From a virus, in IMG/VR virus record IMGVR_UViG_3300016476_001289: a stretch of 64,000 bases of DNA; one strand, given 5' to 3'. Below the pieces are notes generated by a model. The model was not told the origin of the DNA and did not search any database. It saw only the letters and a program-made list of their open reading frames with translations. Each line of letters starts with the position of its first letter. Position 1 is the first letter of the stretch. A program made the position numbers and the translations under genes. Below, in pieces: positions 30,701 through 41,230 of this stretch.

Positions 30701-32821
30701 ATTTCTTTTAATGGTTCTAGTCCTGTTACTCTTTTAGCTGATGTTGTCCCTAATAGCATTACAGGTGGAATGATTGCTAATGCTACCATCACTAATGCTA
30801 ATCTTATTAATGATTCTATTAATATTGATGGTGTTGATTTCTCTTTGGGAAGTACTTTAAATGTAGCTGGGGATTCTTATATTACTCTTGGCGTTACAGG
30901 TACAACCTTAAGTGCAAGTTTAAGCACTATTGATAATGCTATTTTAGAAAATGATTCAGTAAGAATAGGTTCTTATGATTTAGCATTAGGTGGCACATTA
31001 AATTTAGAGAATTTAACCATTACAGGAGCTACTTTAAGTTTAGCAAATACTATTAACTTAACTGATGAAGCTGTAAATGCTTTAGAATTTGCTGAAGGTG
31101 CTAATACCTATCTTAAGTTTATTACTACAGGTGGGGCAGAAGAAGTTTATTTAGGAAAGCCTGTAAGTTTATCTCAAATTAATCTTACTGATAATCAAGC
31201 CACTGCTTTAGATATTACTGAATCCACAAATTCTTATTTGAAATTTGTCACTACTGATGCTGGTGAAAAAGTTGTTGTAGGTAAAACTTTAGATTTAAGT
31301 GAAGGTAATATTATTAATGTAGGTAGTGTTGCTTTAGATAGTATTAGTGCAGATGGTTCTTCTATTGCTATTAATCTTACTGATAACCAAGCTAGTGCTT
31401 TGGATATTACTGAAGGTGCTAATAGTTATCTTAAGTTTGTTACCACTAATTCATCTGAAAAATTAGAAGTAAGAAAGACACTTAAACTTTCTGATGATCT
31501 TTATGTTTTAGATAAACCTGAAGTTGTTGCTCAAACTTTATATCTCTATGTTAAATACAATGCGACTTCTCAAGGTGATAATGAATATTTTTATATTTTT
31601 AGAACACCCGATGGTGGTGCTACAAGAGAAGTTGTCCCTTTAAGTAATTTAAGCAATTTACAAGAAGATACTTCTTTAGGATATAAGAGATATATTGCAA
31701 GTCAAACATCTGCATATACTAATACTACACCTACTGCCACACCTAACGCTTCTTTCATTATTGATACAGCATATACTTATTATTTCATTATTAGAACAGA
31801 TTATGATGATACTACACCTAATAAAGATTTTGAAGCTTATGTATCTACAAGTAATGCTAAATCTAACCCCACCTATAATGATGTCTTGCCTTATGGTGCA
31901 GGTTTTTCTGATGATGGTGAAGGTAATAAATATGCTATCCTAATTGATAGTTCTTCTTGGGTTTATTCTTCTACGGATGCGCCTGTCACTGTTTCTAATA
32001 GAGTTTCTGATCCTGTTAGTTCTGTTAATACTTTTATTGTCGATAATTTAACAGGTAACACCACTATTAAAGGTACTTTAGATTTAAGTGATGGTAATAT
32101 TACTAATGTCGGTAGTATTGCTTTAGATAGTATTAGTGCAGATGCTTCTTCTATTGCTATTAATTTAACTGATAATCAAGCTAGTGCTTTAGATATTACT
32201 GAATCTACTAATTCTTATCTTAAATTTGTCACTACCAATGCTAGTGAAAAAGTGGTAGTGGGTAAAGATTTAGAATTGAGTGCCAATAATTCAGTTTTAA
32301 TTAAAAAAGCTACCACTGCAACAGATCCCTTAATTGTTCTCAATAGTGATACTACACTTGTTGCTAATGCTCAAACTGCTGTTGTTGCTTCTGTTGAAAG
32401 AGGTAGTAATGCTACTTCTGATGCTCAAATCATTTGGGATGAAGATTATTTATCTTGGAAATTACAAAATAGTAGTTCCGAACAAAAAATTATCCAAACA
32501 CAACCTTATCTTGATGCTACTATTACAACATCAAATACTTCGTTATCTGCTAATAATTTAGATCAATTAGAAAAGATATATCTTGTAGAGAATGGCGCTA
32601 CTTCTATTGAGTTAACTCTTTTTCAATTAGGTGGTGCTACGGATTACTCAGGTTATAAAGTTATCATCAAAAAAATAGATAATGGTGTTGGAAATATCAC
32701 TGTTAAACCCTATACAGGTGAAACTATTGATGGCGCTAGTGATTCTATTGGTGTTACAATTAGCGCAGGATATGGAAGCTTAACTTTACTAGCCTATGGT
32801 TCTGCATGGTATGTTATTTAA
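27767..32821 (+). CDS. Tail fibre/adhesin with two CBM5/12-like repeats, a short collagen stretch and Gly-rich repeats
   Basis: GAW....Y...DVV.Y.GSSW twice; GDQGLQGLQGDAG; repeats shared with the 22800 gene. Confidence 0.8.
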   Translation: MSYLIDANINNVKVSGNTDPYALTSTDEIFLAQDNQIVILPEPTIVNKGRTYTIKLNGSFTSGVFVRNHLSSLIYTINKDYGTVNIISDGTTWVVLADAIQVSEIATTTYVQESTWNNVGAWNGIDTYNAKDVVSYEGSSWLALQTSTNSTPVEGADWTLIASKGDQGLQGLQGDAGADGVSIVSSTIIGGDLFIEYSNDLGNPTNVGTVVGADGADAVWYFQGAWSNATNYVLGDVVTYNGSSWYALQANNNSAPVEGANWTLIASKGDSYFVATGVDLSLTTSNATSGGDLTFITGDGTSGQGGSTTFTLGESIDVLGGSFQVNAGDSTYGGGGAISLYSGNTTGGAGGSLLLEAGDTYFGTNGGNVTINAGFGNIGTGGSVNLTAGYTKTGNAGGISLTTGDALTLGNGGNLTLQTGTGFGATKNAGNIILNPGDAGNGAIAGNVQIQSDMTVTGAIDVNTITLGDNEASALDITESTNSYLKFVTTNGSEKVIVGKELSVVNADLNVKDGSNNTVFNVESTTGDTNISGNLTVTGSLIVNGSTTTINTVNLNVTDSLIQLADGVTGAPVNDAGFIIARGDENNASLFWNENSDTFIFATATSLNSDFTGDILIAGGTITYSAVRLGSLEANSISGITGGSTLSVTGDLIGNADTSSSWLNPMTLNLGGDLSGSIAFDGSSTVTLNATLGTVSIANLEYSSINIGGSNISLGGTLNLENLAITGSTLGLNIGSGVITNANLENSSINIGGSNIALGGTLNLSSDFAFDGGTLVLGGTLSVYSTGAIALAKTINLAGAITGSINLNDQTSAVTLNTSYSGTITNADLEYSSINIGGSNISLGGTLNVAGDSYITLGVTGSTLSASLSTIDNAQLEYSSINIGGSNISLGGTLNLENLAITGSTLGLNIGNNVITNANLVNDSINIGGSNISLGGTINLDGGLSVTGSTLSVGNVATSSSWLNAMTLSIGGTILTGSISFNGSSPVTLLADVVPNSITGGMIANATITNANLINDSINIDGVDFSLGSTLNVAGDSYITLGVTGTTLSASLSTIDNAILENDSVRIGSYDLALGGTLNLENLTITGATLSLANTINLTDEAVNALEFAEGANTYLKFITTGGAEEVYLGKPVSLSQINLTDNQATALDITESTNSYLKFVTTDAGEKVVVGKTLDLSEGNIINVGSVALDSISADGSSIAINLTDNQASALDITEGANSYLKFVTTNSSEKLEVRKTLKLSDDLYVLDKPEVVAQTLYLYVKYNATSQGDNEYFYIFRTPDGGATREVVPLSNLSNLQEDTSLGYKRYIASQTSAYTNTTPTATPNASFIIDTAYTYYFIIRTDYDDTTPNKDFEAYVSTSNAKSNPTYNDVLPYGAGFSDDGEGNKYAILIDSSSWVYSSTDAPVTVSNRVSDPVSSVNTFIVDNLTGNTTIKGTLDLSDGNITNVGSIALDSISADASSIAINLTDNQASALDITESTNSYLKFVTTNASEKVVVGKDLELSANNSVLIKKATTATDPLIVLNSDTTLVANAQTAVVASVERGSNATSDAQIIWDEDYLSWKLQNSSSEQKIIQTQPYLDATITTSNTSLSANNLDQLEKIYLVENGATSIELTLFQLGGATDYSGYKVIIKKIDNGVGNITVKPYTGETIDGASDSIGVTISAGYGSLTLLAYGSAWYVI

Positions 32822-32888
32822 TAGATATTTAATATCTTTACACTTAGTATAATCCTTGTCTTATTATTTTTACATAAAGGATCTTACT

Positions 32889-33218
32889 ATGTCTTTATTT
32901 TTTCGTAATGGTTGGTCTACTATTAAATCTTCTATTAATACCACCACCTATGCCTTAACACTAGATGATTCTATTTATATAGCATATCCTGGTCAAACTG
33001 TTACTTTTCCTGAACCCTCCACTTGTATAGGTCAAACTTATACAATTAAATTGGGTGCTAATCATGGTGGAAGTGGTGATACTGTTACCATTAATGTTGC
33101 AGGTGGGGGCAATATTGAAGGTTCTTCAACACATTCTTTAAATTCATCTTGGGTTTTTCATAGATTTGTAGCAGGTAGGAATAGTGCAGGAAGTTTTACT
33201 TGGATGTTTATTACTTAA
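32889..33218 (+). CDS. Small fibre-associated protein (stand-alone connector-like module)
   Basis: AAAGGA RBS before MSLFF; TVTFPEPS...GQTYTIK, homologous to the N-termini of 27767 and 33267. Confidence 0.7.
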   Translation: MSLFFRNGWSTIKSSINTTTYALTLDDSIYIAYPGQTVTFPEPSTCIGQTYTIKLGANHGGSGDTVTINVAGGGNIEGSSTHSLNSSWVFHRFVAGRNSAGSFTWMFIT

Positions 33219-33266
33219 TTTATAAAAACTCTTTTTGAGTAAGAACCTATTGGAGAGAGATAAATT

Positions 33267-34580
33267 ATGACAATACTATATAAACACAATATCCAAAGTA
33301 CTAAAAAAGCACTAAGTAGTACAACATATACCTTAAGTCTTAGTGATTCAATATATCTTGGATATAATGGTCAAACTATAAATTTACCTGACCCTTCTAC
33401 TTGTAGGGGGCAAAAATTTACAATTAAACTTCCGGATTCTTATAGTACAGGTATTACAATAGATGCAGGTGCTTCTTTTCTTATTGATGGGGTAAGAACA
33501 TATATAATAAAAACAAGTTATGGTTTTGTAGAATTGATCTCAAATTCAGATAGCTGGTCTATTGTTAATAGCTCGTATAATTTTACACCTAATTTTTCTA
33601 CTAATACTTTCACCCTTAATTTAACAGATAATCAAGCGACTTCTTTAGATATTAAAGAAGGATCTACTTCTTATTTAAAATTTGATACTTCTAATAGTGC
33701 AGAGAAGATCACTATGGGGAAGCCCCTAATAGTAGTCGGAAATGTTAATATTAAAGATGGTTCAGATAATACTAAATTTAGTATTGATAGCAGTACTGGG
33801 GATACTATTGTAGCAGGTAATTTAACAGTCAATGGGACTACTACTACCATTAATAGTACTACAACTACATTTGATGATATTATTATGACTCTAGGTGGAG
33901 ATTCTGCACCTACATCAGATGATAATAAAGATCGTGGTATAGAATTTAGGTGGCATAATGGGTCAAGTGCTAAAGTAGGTTTCTTTGGGTATGATGATAG
34001 TGCTGAAGAATTTATTTTTATTCCTGATGCTACAAATACAAGCAGTGTGTTTAGTGGGACTGTGGGTAATGCTCGTTTTGCAGGGTTGACTCTTTTAAAT
34101 AGTCTTGATGTTACTAATGGTGAAACATATTTAGGTGCTTTAGATGCCACAGGTGCAGTTACTTTTGGTAGCACTTTATCTGTAACAGGTGCAATTACAG
34201 GTATTACTACTACTCAAACTGCTCTTGATAATTCTACTAAACTTGCTTCTACTGCTTATGTTCAAAATGCCACCCGAGTTAATACTACTACTAAAACTAC
34301 TAATTATACCTTAGCTTTAGCTGATGAGGGTTATATGGTTATTATGAATAGTGCTAGTCCTACTACTCTAACAGTACCTCTTAATTCATCTGTTACTATT
34401 CCTGTAGGTGCTCAATTTATTATTAGTAGACTTGGTGCAGGTACTGTCAATATAGCTTCATCCGCTACTATATATTCAGTATCTTCTAATAAAAATATTG
34501 CTAATCAGTATGGTGCTGTTACTCTTATTAAAACAGGTACTGATACTTGGTATCTTTTTGGCGATCTTTCAGCAAGTTAA
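33267..34580 (+). CDS. Tail fibre protein
   Basis: GNLTVNGTTTTINST, DRGIEFRWH, DNSTKLASTAYV, C-terminal TDTWYLFGDL. Confidence 0.78.
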   Translation: MTILYKHNIQSTKKALSSTTYTLSLSDSIYLGYNGQTINLPDPSTCRGQKFTIKLPDSYSTGITIDAGASFLIDGVRTYIIKTSYGFVELISNSDSWSIVNSSYNFTPNFSTNTFTLNLTDNQATSLDIKEGSTSYLKFDTSNSAEKITMGKPLIVVGNVNIKDGSDNTKFSIDSSTGDTIVAGNLTVNGTTTTINSTTTTFDDIIMTLGGDSAPTSDDNKDRGIEFRWHNGSSAKVGFFGYDDSAEEFIFIPDATNTSSVFSGTVGNARFAGLTLLNSLDVTNGETYLGALDATGAVTFGSTLSVTGAITGITTTQTALDNSTKLASTAYVQNATRVNTTTKTTNYTLALADEGYMVIMNSASPTTLTVPLNSSVTIPVGAQFIISRLGAGTVNIASSATIYSVSSNKNIANQYGAVTLIKTGTDTWYLFGDLSAS

Positions 34581-34587
34581 GGTCTTT

Positions 34588-35298
34588 ATGTTTCTATCTT
34601 CTCACGGTATTATTAAAAAATACACAGCACCCGCTTCCTTAAATTTAGTAGGTACGATGAAATTTAATGGTACGGCTTCTAGTAACTTATCTATTGCTAA
34701 CGATGCTAATCTTGCTGTAGGTTTAAGTGATTTTACTATTGAATGGTATCAATACCAAACAGATAGTAATTCTTATCCCAGAATTTTTTCAATAGGTTCT
34801 TATTCTACTGCGGATCTTGCTGTTTCTTTTGAATCAGGAATATTTTATGTATTTATTGGTGGTGGTATGGCAGGACAAGGATCAGGTGCTACTTCTATGG
34901 GGTCTTTAGGTACTTATAAAAATGAATGGGTTCATTTTGCTATTACTAGACAATCAGGGACTTTAAGGTCTTTTAAAAATGGGACTCTTTTGAGTACTGC
35001 TAGTAAAAACTTAGACCTTGCTAATACTACTTCTGCTCTTAGAATAGGTAATGAAACTACAACTTCTGCTAATGCTGCATTTGGTGGGTGGATTTCTAAT
35101 TTCAGGTGGGTTAAAGGATCTGCTTTATATACTTCTAATTTCTCAAGACCCTTAGCACCATTATCTAATGTTTCGGGTACCGAATTATTATTATTATCAT
35201 CTACAAGTGGTGCTTTAAATACAGATAGTTCATCTAGGAATAGGACTATTACTAATAGTAGTGTAACTTGGCAATCCTTCTCTTCTACGATGGTTTGA
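34588..35298 (+). CDS. LamG/concanavalin A-like lectin domain protein
   Basis: DFTIEWY, EWVHFAITRQSG...F.NG, LRIG, GWISNFRWVKG.ALY; start shifted to MFLSS. Confidence 0.85.
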   Translation: MFLSSHGIIKKYTAPASLNLVGTMKFNGTASSNLSIANDANLAVGLSDFTIEWYQYQTDSNSYPRIFSIGSYSTADLAVSFESGIFYVFIGGGMAGQGSGATSMGSLGTYKNEWVHFAITRQSGTLRSFKNGTLLSTASKNLDLANTTSALRIGNETTTSANAAFGGWISNFRWVKGSALYTSNFSRPLAPLSNVSGTELLLLSSTSGALNTDSSSRNRTITNSSVTWQSFSSTMV

Positions 35299-35349
35299 TA
35301 AAGTATATATAATTCACCCCTATTATGATAAATAATTTGGAGTTTTTAT

Positions 35350-38300
35350 ATGTCAGTTATAATATTTAAAAAAGGCACTACTGCCCAAAATGATGCTTAT
35401 AGGGGTCAAAGTGGAGAAATTACCATTGACACCACTAAAAAAACCATTCGTGTACATGATGGTAGTGTTTTAGGTGGTGCTGAAATGGCACTCTCTGACC
35501 TTTCTAACACTAATGTCCAAGATCAAATAGATAATGGTAATACAAGACTTGATACTTTAGAAAATGATACGACTACTGAAATTCAAAATAGAATTGATGG
35601 AGATTTTGCACTTCAAAGTGAATTAGATACCACCCAATCAGGCGCAGGTCTAAATACTAATGGTTCTTATTCTATACCTGAAGGTAATACTTATTTAGCA
35701 GGAACGGATTCTTTAAGAAGCGCCCTTCTTGCTCTTGATATTTCTTTAGCCACAGAAGCAGGAAATATCTCTAATATCCAAGACCAATTAGATACTGAAA
35801 TTCAAAATAGAATAGATGCTGATAATGCTATTGACCTTAGAATTGATGATGTGGAATTACACCATCTTCATGCTAATAGCTTTTATGCTAATAATGGGAT
35901 TACCGATATTCAAACAGAAATTGATAATGTAGGCGTTACTCAAAATCAAGTTATCTTTGTTACTAGTGGATCTTTTGCTGGTGCTACCATCTCTATTAAC
36001 AATAAAACGGATATGGCTATCGTTGCACCTGATATTGGTGATAATATGGCTACATTATCAGGTGGTAGAGCATTGACTATTGAAGGTACTTCAGAGAAAA
36101 TAAGAATCGCCAATTTAAAAATAGAAGGCGCTGTTAATATTACAGGTTCTAAAGGTCGCCATTATTTCTCAGATTGTGAATTTCAAGGTGGTGTTAATAT
36201 TGATGGAACTACAGATACTACTAACACTTTTATTGTTTTTCAAGATTGTACTTTTAAGAATCAAAATATAAACTTATCTAATCTTACTAATTGTGTGGTA
36301 TATTTTGATAATTGTAATTTTGAAAATAGAAGAGTCGTACCTACTAATTGTACTACATCACCTTATGTTGCTATTATCTCTAATTCTATTAGATTAAATG
36401 TTTTGCAAACTAACTTTGCTAATGGTGTTGCCTTAGTAGGTCGTATTGGATATGCAAATCAAGTTGTTAAAACCTATACTTCATCTACTAACTTTATCTC
36501 TGCACTTAATGTAGAAACTTCATTTACTGGTTCTTATAATGAACTTAGAGATATACCTACTTTAGTTCTTGCTTCTACTAGTTTAACAGATAGTGCAGAT
36601 CTATTAAGAACTTCTGATAAAGGTGTTGCTAATGGTGTTGCTGAACTTGATGCTAATGGTCTTATTCCTAACCACCATTTGCCACCTTTAGCTTTAAGTA
36701 AACCTTATGTTGTTAATACTATCATTGAAAGAGATGCTTTATCTGTGGAAATGGGTGATGTTGCGATTGTTGTTAATGATATTGACCCTGACAATAATGG
36801 TAATTATATTTATGATGCAGATGCGCCATCTTGGATTAAGTTATATAATGCCACCGCACCTGTAGATAGTGTAAATGGTTCTACAGGAACTGTTACTTTA
36901 TTTACAGGTGATATTAGTGAAGGTGCAGGTGCTTTATTACAACCTTCTAATAAATGGTTCACCGACCAAAGAGCAATAGATGCTGTTGTTACTTCTAATA
37001 TTAATACTAATGACAAAGCACCTTCAACACAGACTGTTAAGTCTTATGTTACAGGTATTACAGATGCTTTGGATACTCGTTTAACTTCTGTTGAGAATGA
37101 TGCTGTAAATCACGCTACTGTTGTTTATGTTGATAGTGGTTTAGCTGGTAAAGTTAATACTAGCGACTATACTGCTAGTGATGTATTAACTAAGATTAAA
37201 ACAGTCGATGGCTCAACTTCAGGATTAGATGCAGATTTACTTGATGGTTTAGATGCTTCTGATTTTGTTAAAATGACAACAGACCAAACTATTGCAGGTA
37301 TAAAAACTTTCTCATCTGCACCTATCGTGCCTGATCAATCTGCTCTTGATAATTCAACAAAATCAGCTAATACTAAATATGTAGATACAGCTATCCAAAA
37401 TGTTACTGATTTACAAGGCGCTTCAGGTCAAGTCTTATATAAAGGTTCTTATGATCCTACTACTAATACACCTTCTTTAAGCACAGCCAAAAAAGGTTAT
37501 TTATATGTAGCTTCCGATAATGGTACTTTAGCAGGTGTCAATTTAAATACTGACGATCAAATCTTGTTTGTTAAAGATGTTTCAGGTGGTGTTGTGGCAG
37601 ATACTGATTTTGTTATTGATAGTGGTCTTGCTAATGGTTCTATTATTGTTAGAAATATCACTTCTAATAACTCTACTATGGTTTCTAATGCTTATCATAT
37701 ATATCAAGATTCTAATAATTGGGGTCTAAAAATTCCAGCATTAGATCAAACTCAAGTAGGATATGTGATTTATCTTAGACATAGAGGAACAGGTGTTTTA
37801 TCTTTAACTCGATTTGATACTTCATATACTGCTAACTTCTATTTTAATAATACACTATCTATTAATACCTTGTCTTTATCTTCTACAGGTGAATATATCT
37901 TTAGATGTTCTTCTATTCAAGGGACAACTATAACTTGGGAAGTTACTTGTACAAATAAAAATGCTTTAAGAACCACAGATGATTTAACTGAAGGGTCTAC
38001 TAATAAATATGCTAGTGCTAGTAATGTTAGAACCCATTTAAGTGGCACAGCACCTATTAGTTATGATAATAGTACAGGTGTTATTTCTACAACTCTAACT
38101 CAATATACAGATGCTAATGCTAAAAGTGCTACTGTTGTTAATAGCATGGCAGGTTCTCAAACAGATCAAGCACCAAGCGTAGATAGTGTTAAAAATTATT
38201 ATACTGCAGGAACAGGTATTAGTATTTCATCAGGTCAAATATCAGCTTCTTTAAGTAGTTTTAGTGTTAATGCTTTAAGTGATGTTGATACAACTACTTC

Positions 38301-38688
38301 AGCGCCTACATCAGGTCAAGCATTAGCTTGGAATGGGACAAATTGGACACCCCAATCTATTAGTGGTTTTTCTATTGCTACAGGTAATAGGTCAATATCT
38401 ACAAATACTGTAGCCACTGCAACATCTGATGAAACTTATTACATAGCAACATCAGCTTTAACAGTAACATTACCTACCCCAAGTTCATCTAATGTAGGTA
38501 AAAAAATTATTGTTAAGTCATATACGAATGGTGCAGTAACAATCGCTTCTAATAGTGGTAGTCAAATCATTTATGATAGCACTACAGCATCAGCTTCTGT
38601 AGTACACACAGCAAACTTTCCTGGATTCTCTACAACTTTCATTTGTTTAGAAGTTGGTTCAGGGACTTATTTTTGGGTAGTCGTCTAA
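35350..38688 (+). CDS. Tail fibre/spike with Mtd-type N-terminus and probable beta-helix region
   Basis: FKKGTTAQN...GEITID.....RVHDG...GG; FxDCxF repeats; GSTSGLDADLLDG; KGVANGVAELD. Confidence 0.8.
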   Translation: MSVIIFKKGTTAQNDAYRGQSGEITIDTTKKTIRVHDGSVLGGAEMALSDLSNTNVQDQIDNGNTRLDTLENDTTTEIQNRIDGDFALQSELDTTQSGAGLNTNGSYSIPEGNTYLAGTDSLRSALLALDISLATEAGNISNIQDQLDTEIQNRIDADNAIDLRIDDVELHHLHANSFYANNGITDIQTEIDNVGVTQNQVIFVTSGSFAGATISINNKTDMAIVAPDIGDNMATLSGGRALTIEGTSEKIRIANLKIEGAVNITGSKGRHYFSDCEFQGGVNIDGTTDTTNTFIVFQDCTFKNQNINLSNLTNCVVYFDNCNFENRRVVPTNCTTSPYVAIISNSIRLNVLQTNFANGVALVGRIGYANQVVKTYTSSTNFISALNVETSFTGSYNELRDIPTLVLASTSLTDSADLLRTSDKGVANGVAELDANGLIPNHHLPPLALSKPYVVNTIIERDALSVEMGDVAIVVNDIDPDNNGNYIYDADAPSWIKLYNATAPVDSVNGSTGTVTLFTGDISEGAGALLQPSNKWFTDQRAIDAVVTSNINTNDKAPSTQTVKSYVTGITDALDTRLTSVENDAVNHATVVYVDSGLAGKVNTSDYTASDVLTKIKTVDGSTSGLDADLLDGLDASDFVKMTTDQTIAGIKTFSSAPIVPDQSALDNSTKSANTKYVDTAIQNVTDLQGASGQVLYKGSYDPTTNTPSLSTAKKGYLYVASDNGTLAGVNLNTDDQILFVKDVSGGVVADTDFVIDSGLANGSIIVRNITSNNSTMVSNAYHIYQDSNNWGLKIPALDQTQVGYVIYLRHRGTGVLSLTRFDTSYTANFYFNNTLSINTLSLSSTGEYIFRCSSIQGTTITWEVTCTNKNALRTTDDLTEGSTNKYASASNVRTHLSGTAPISYDNSTGVISTTLTQYTDANAKSATVVNSMAGSQTDQAPSVDSVKNYYTAGTGISISSGQISASLSSFSVNALSDVDTTTSAPTSGQALAWNGTNWTPQSISGFSIATGNRSISTNTVATATSDETYYIATSALTVTLPTPSSSNVGKKIIVKSYTNGAVTIASNSGSQIIYDSTTASASVVHTANFPGFSTTFICLEVGSGTYFWVVV

Positions 38689-38704
38689 AGGAAGAAGAAT
38701 AAAA

Positions 38705-39787
38705 ATGACTTTAAGATTCAATGAGAATGATACTAACATTGCTAATGGTATTCTTAAATTAGATGCCAATGCAAAAGTTACGCTAGATAAACTAGACACC
38801 ACTACTTCAGCGCCTACAAGTGGACAGCTTTTAAAGTATAATGGCACTAATTGGGCGCCCGGTAATGTTACAGGTTCTAATTTCACTTGGCCCACTGCTG
38901 CTCTTAATACAGGTGCTAATACCTTATCTGTAGGTAATTATTACTATACCGGCACAAATGGTATTACTTGTACTGTTACATTACCTTCAACAGGTAATTC
39001 AGGCGATATTATTTACATTCATAATATGGGGGGTAGTTCTGTTACTACAAACGCACTACAATATTATTGGAATGGTGCTTATTTTAATGGTCAAACTTTT
39101 GCTTTTACTGCTAATGATGTTTTTGTATTCACACGATTAAATACATCTAATGCGTGGTTTATTTCTACCCAAGTTTCTCAAAATTTAAGAATCACCACTA
39201 ATATTAGTGAAGGCACTAATTTGTATTTTACTGATGAAAGGGCGCAAGATGCTAGTGCGAGTCTTTTAACAAGTGGTACGCATACAGGTATTAGCTTTAC
39301 TTATACTTCTACTCAAGATACAGCTAATAGGATTGACGCTACAGTTTCTTTAGGTATAGATGCTTTAACAGATGTTGATACAACAACTGTAGCGCCTACT
39401 AATGGTCAAGCCTTAGCATGGCAATCAGCCACTTCTAAATGGATTCCCCAAACAGTAAGTGGTGCGGGTGGTGGTAGTGGTTTAGTTTTTCATACGAATG
39501 TTACTACTAATAATACTATCTTAAATCCACCAAGTGGTGAAACTATGGTTTTAGTGAAAAATGGTAGTACTGCATTTAATGTTTATTTACCTGCTATGTT
39601 AGGAAAAGATACTTATAAAATACATATTAAAAGAATAGGCACTGCTTATGTCACAGTTAATGTTAATGCTTCCGATACTACTAAATACATTGAATCAACA
39701 GGTAACTCTACCTTTGTTTTAAGTATTACAGGGACTTGTTTGACTCTTGTAGCTAATGAAACAGACGGTATTTGGTATATCGTTTAG
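38705..39787 (+). CDS. Short fibre protein, paralog of 41231-41749
   Basis: Identical first 20 aa MTLRFNENDTNIANGILKLD; LTDVDTTTVAPTNGQALAWQS. Confidence 0.75.
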   Translation: MTLRFNENDTNIANGILKLDANAKVTLDKLDTTTSAPTSGQLLKYNGTNWAPGNVTGSNFTWPTAALNTGANTLSVGNYYYTGTNGITCTVTLPSTGNSGDIIYIHNMGGSSVTTNALQYYWNGAYFNGQTFAFTANDVFVFTRLNTSNAWFISTQVSQNLRITTNISEGTNLYFTDERAQDASASLLTSGTHTGISFTYTSTQDTANRIDATVSLGIDALTDVDTTTVAPTNGQALAWQSATSKWIPQTVSGAGGGSGLVFHTNVTTNNTILNPPSGETMVLVKNGSTAFNVYLPAMLGKDTYKIHIKRIGTAYVTVNVNASDTTKYIESTGNSTFVLSITGTCLTLVANETDGIWYIV

Positions 39788-39799
39788 AAAGAGATTATT

Positions 39800-40246
39800 A
39801 TGAGTTATTTAGCAAAAACACTAATTGACCCTGTTGTAGGGCAGTATATGTTCTCTTATCCTGCAGCTACAGGTGTAGTAAACCATATCTATACACCTAT
39901 TTATATAAATGGAACAAGTACTTTTACTAGCTATGCTTCTATATCAGGTAATGGTATCGTATTACAGCCAGGTAATTATTTTATTGAGTGCTACTTAGGT
40001 GGCGTTAAATCAGCTTTTAACGCCACCTTATATTATAAGTTAGTTATAGACGGTGTAGATGCAGTAGCACCTAAAGGATGGGGATATATTACTTTTGGTT
40101 ATACAACAACAGCACCTGATGGTTTTCAATACGATCTAACTGTTCCTGAAGGCACTACATCAACGATTCAAGTTAAATGTCATTCTGTATACTTAACTGT
40201 AACTTACAACACCAATAATGGCACGATGTTAATATGGAGAATATAA
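39800..40246 (+). CDS. Small fibre-tip/receptor-binding protein (possibly C1q/BclA-C-like beta-sandwich)
   Basis: 148 aa, beta-rich, IVLQPGNYFI; position in the fibre locus. Confidence 0.5.
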   Translation: MSYLAKTLIDPVVGQYMFSYPAATGVVNHIYTPIYINGTSTFTSYASISGNGIVLQPGNYFIECYLGGVKSAFNATLYYKLVIDGVDAVAPKGWGYITFGYTTTAPDGFQYDLTVPEGTTSTIQVKCHSVYLTVTYNTNNGTMLIWRI

Positions 40247-40249
40247 AAA

Positions 40250-40723
40250 ATGTCTTATTTACCTGAAACCCCTATTAAATATGTTAAAGCTGCAACCACA
40301 GCAAGTGCTACAGGTTTTGGAACTCATTTATGGGATTACTTAGGTAATCAAGATGCTGTGTTTTGTAGAAAAACTACTGCTAAGTATAATAACACCCCCC
40401 TTAAAGGTTTATATTTCTCTAACTGGTTCTTTTCTTGTGGGTCTTTCACCGTAGATTATCAATTTACTGTAAGATTTAATACTGTAGGTGATAATTTTGC
40501 AGATACTAGCTATTCAGGTGCTACTTTCTATAGAAATATCTATATGTGTAATATGTCACAAATTTATGGTACTACTCTTTATCATAGCAGTGTAATGGCT
40601 TTAGGAAGTCCCATTTATGGAATTAACTCTTCAGCGACTAAAGACTCTGTGGGTGCCGCGAGAGCAACATCAAGAAATCTTAGTAGTCATATTTTTATGC
40701 TACCTGTAGCGGAGAATCAATAA
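40250..40723 (+). CDS. Small fibre-associated protein
   Basis: 157 aa, MSY start, tightly packed. Confidence 0.55.
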   Translation: MSYLPETPIKYVKAATTASATGFGTHLWDYLGNQDAVFCRKTTAKYNNTPLKGLYFSNWFFSCGSFTVDYQFTVRFNTVGDNFADTSYSGATFYRNIYMCNMSQIYGTTLYHSSVMALGSPIYGINSSATKDSVGAARATSRNLSSHIFMLPVAENQ

Positions 40724-40724
40724 A

Positions 40725-41213
40725 ATGTATGTACCTTCTAATATTATTAGACTTCCAAATATTATATTGATCCCTGATCAAATAAACACAGGTGGTGCAG
40801 GAACTAAAGCTACATTCACCAATGCCCAAGCATCTTCTAGTTATTCTCATTTTGATCTTGAAGAAAATACTAATTATACTATTGAAGTAGATACTACTGT
40901 AATCACTGTTACAAAGAAAACTTTAGTAAGAGCTACTTTAAAACAATATACTACAGCTGTAAACCAATCCTACTTATATGGAATATTTGATAACACTTCA
41001 AATACACAATTAGGTTGTCAAGGAGGGTATGGTTATTTAAGCGCTTCTTATGCAACACCTAATGGTGGGGCATTGAATAACTACCATAATAGTGCGGATG
41101 CTATTATAGAAGCTAATACTTCTTTCTATTTAAAAATAGTTTCAGTATCACCTTCAGGTGGTGGTGTCTATGCTAAACATAGTAAAGTTTACCTTTTCCA
41201 ACTTGAACCTTAA
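40725..41213 (+). CDS. Small fibre-associated protein
   Basis: 162 aa, beta-rich. Confidence 0.55.
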   Translation: MYVPSNIIRLPNIILIPDQINTGGAGTKATFTNAQASSSYSHFDLEENTNYTIEVDTTVITVTKKTLVRATLKQYTTAVNQSYLYGIFDNTSNTQLGCQGGYGYLSASYATPNGGALNNYHNSADAIIEANTSFYLKIVSVSPSGGGVYAKHSKVYLFQLEP

Positions 41214-41230
41214 CATAGGATACCTTTAAA

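Noticed and set aside
22800-38688. Complete diversity-generating retroelement implied by Mtd-type N-termini
   Set aside because: That N-terminal domain is a generic fibre anchor; no reverse transcriptase or template/variable repeat pair was seen
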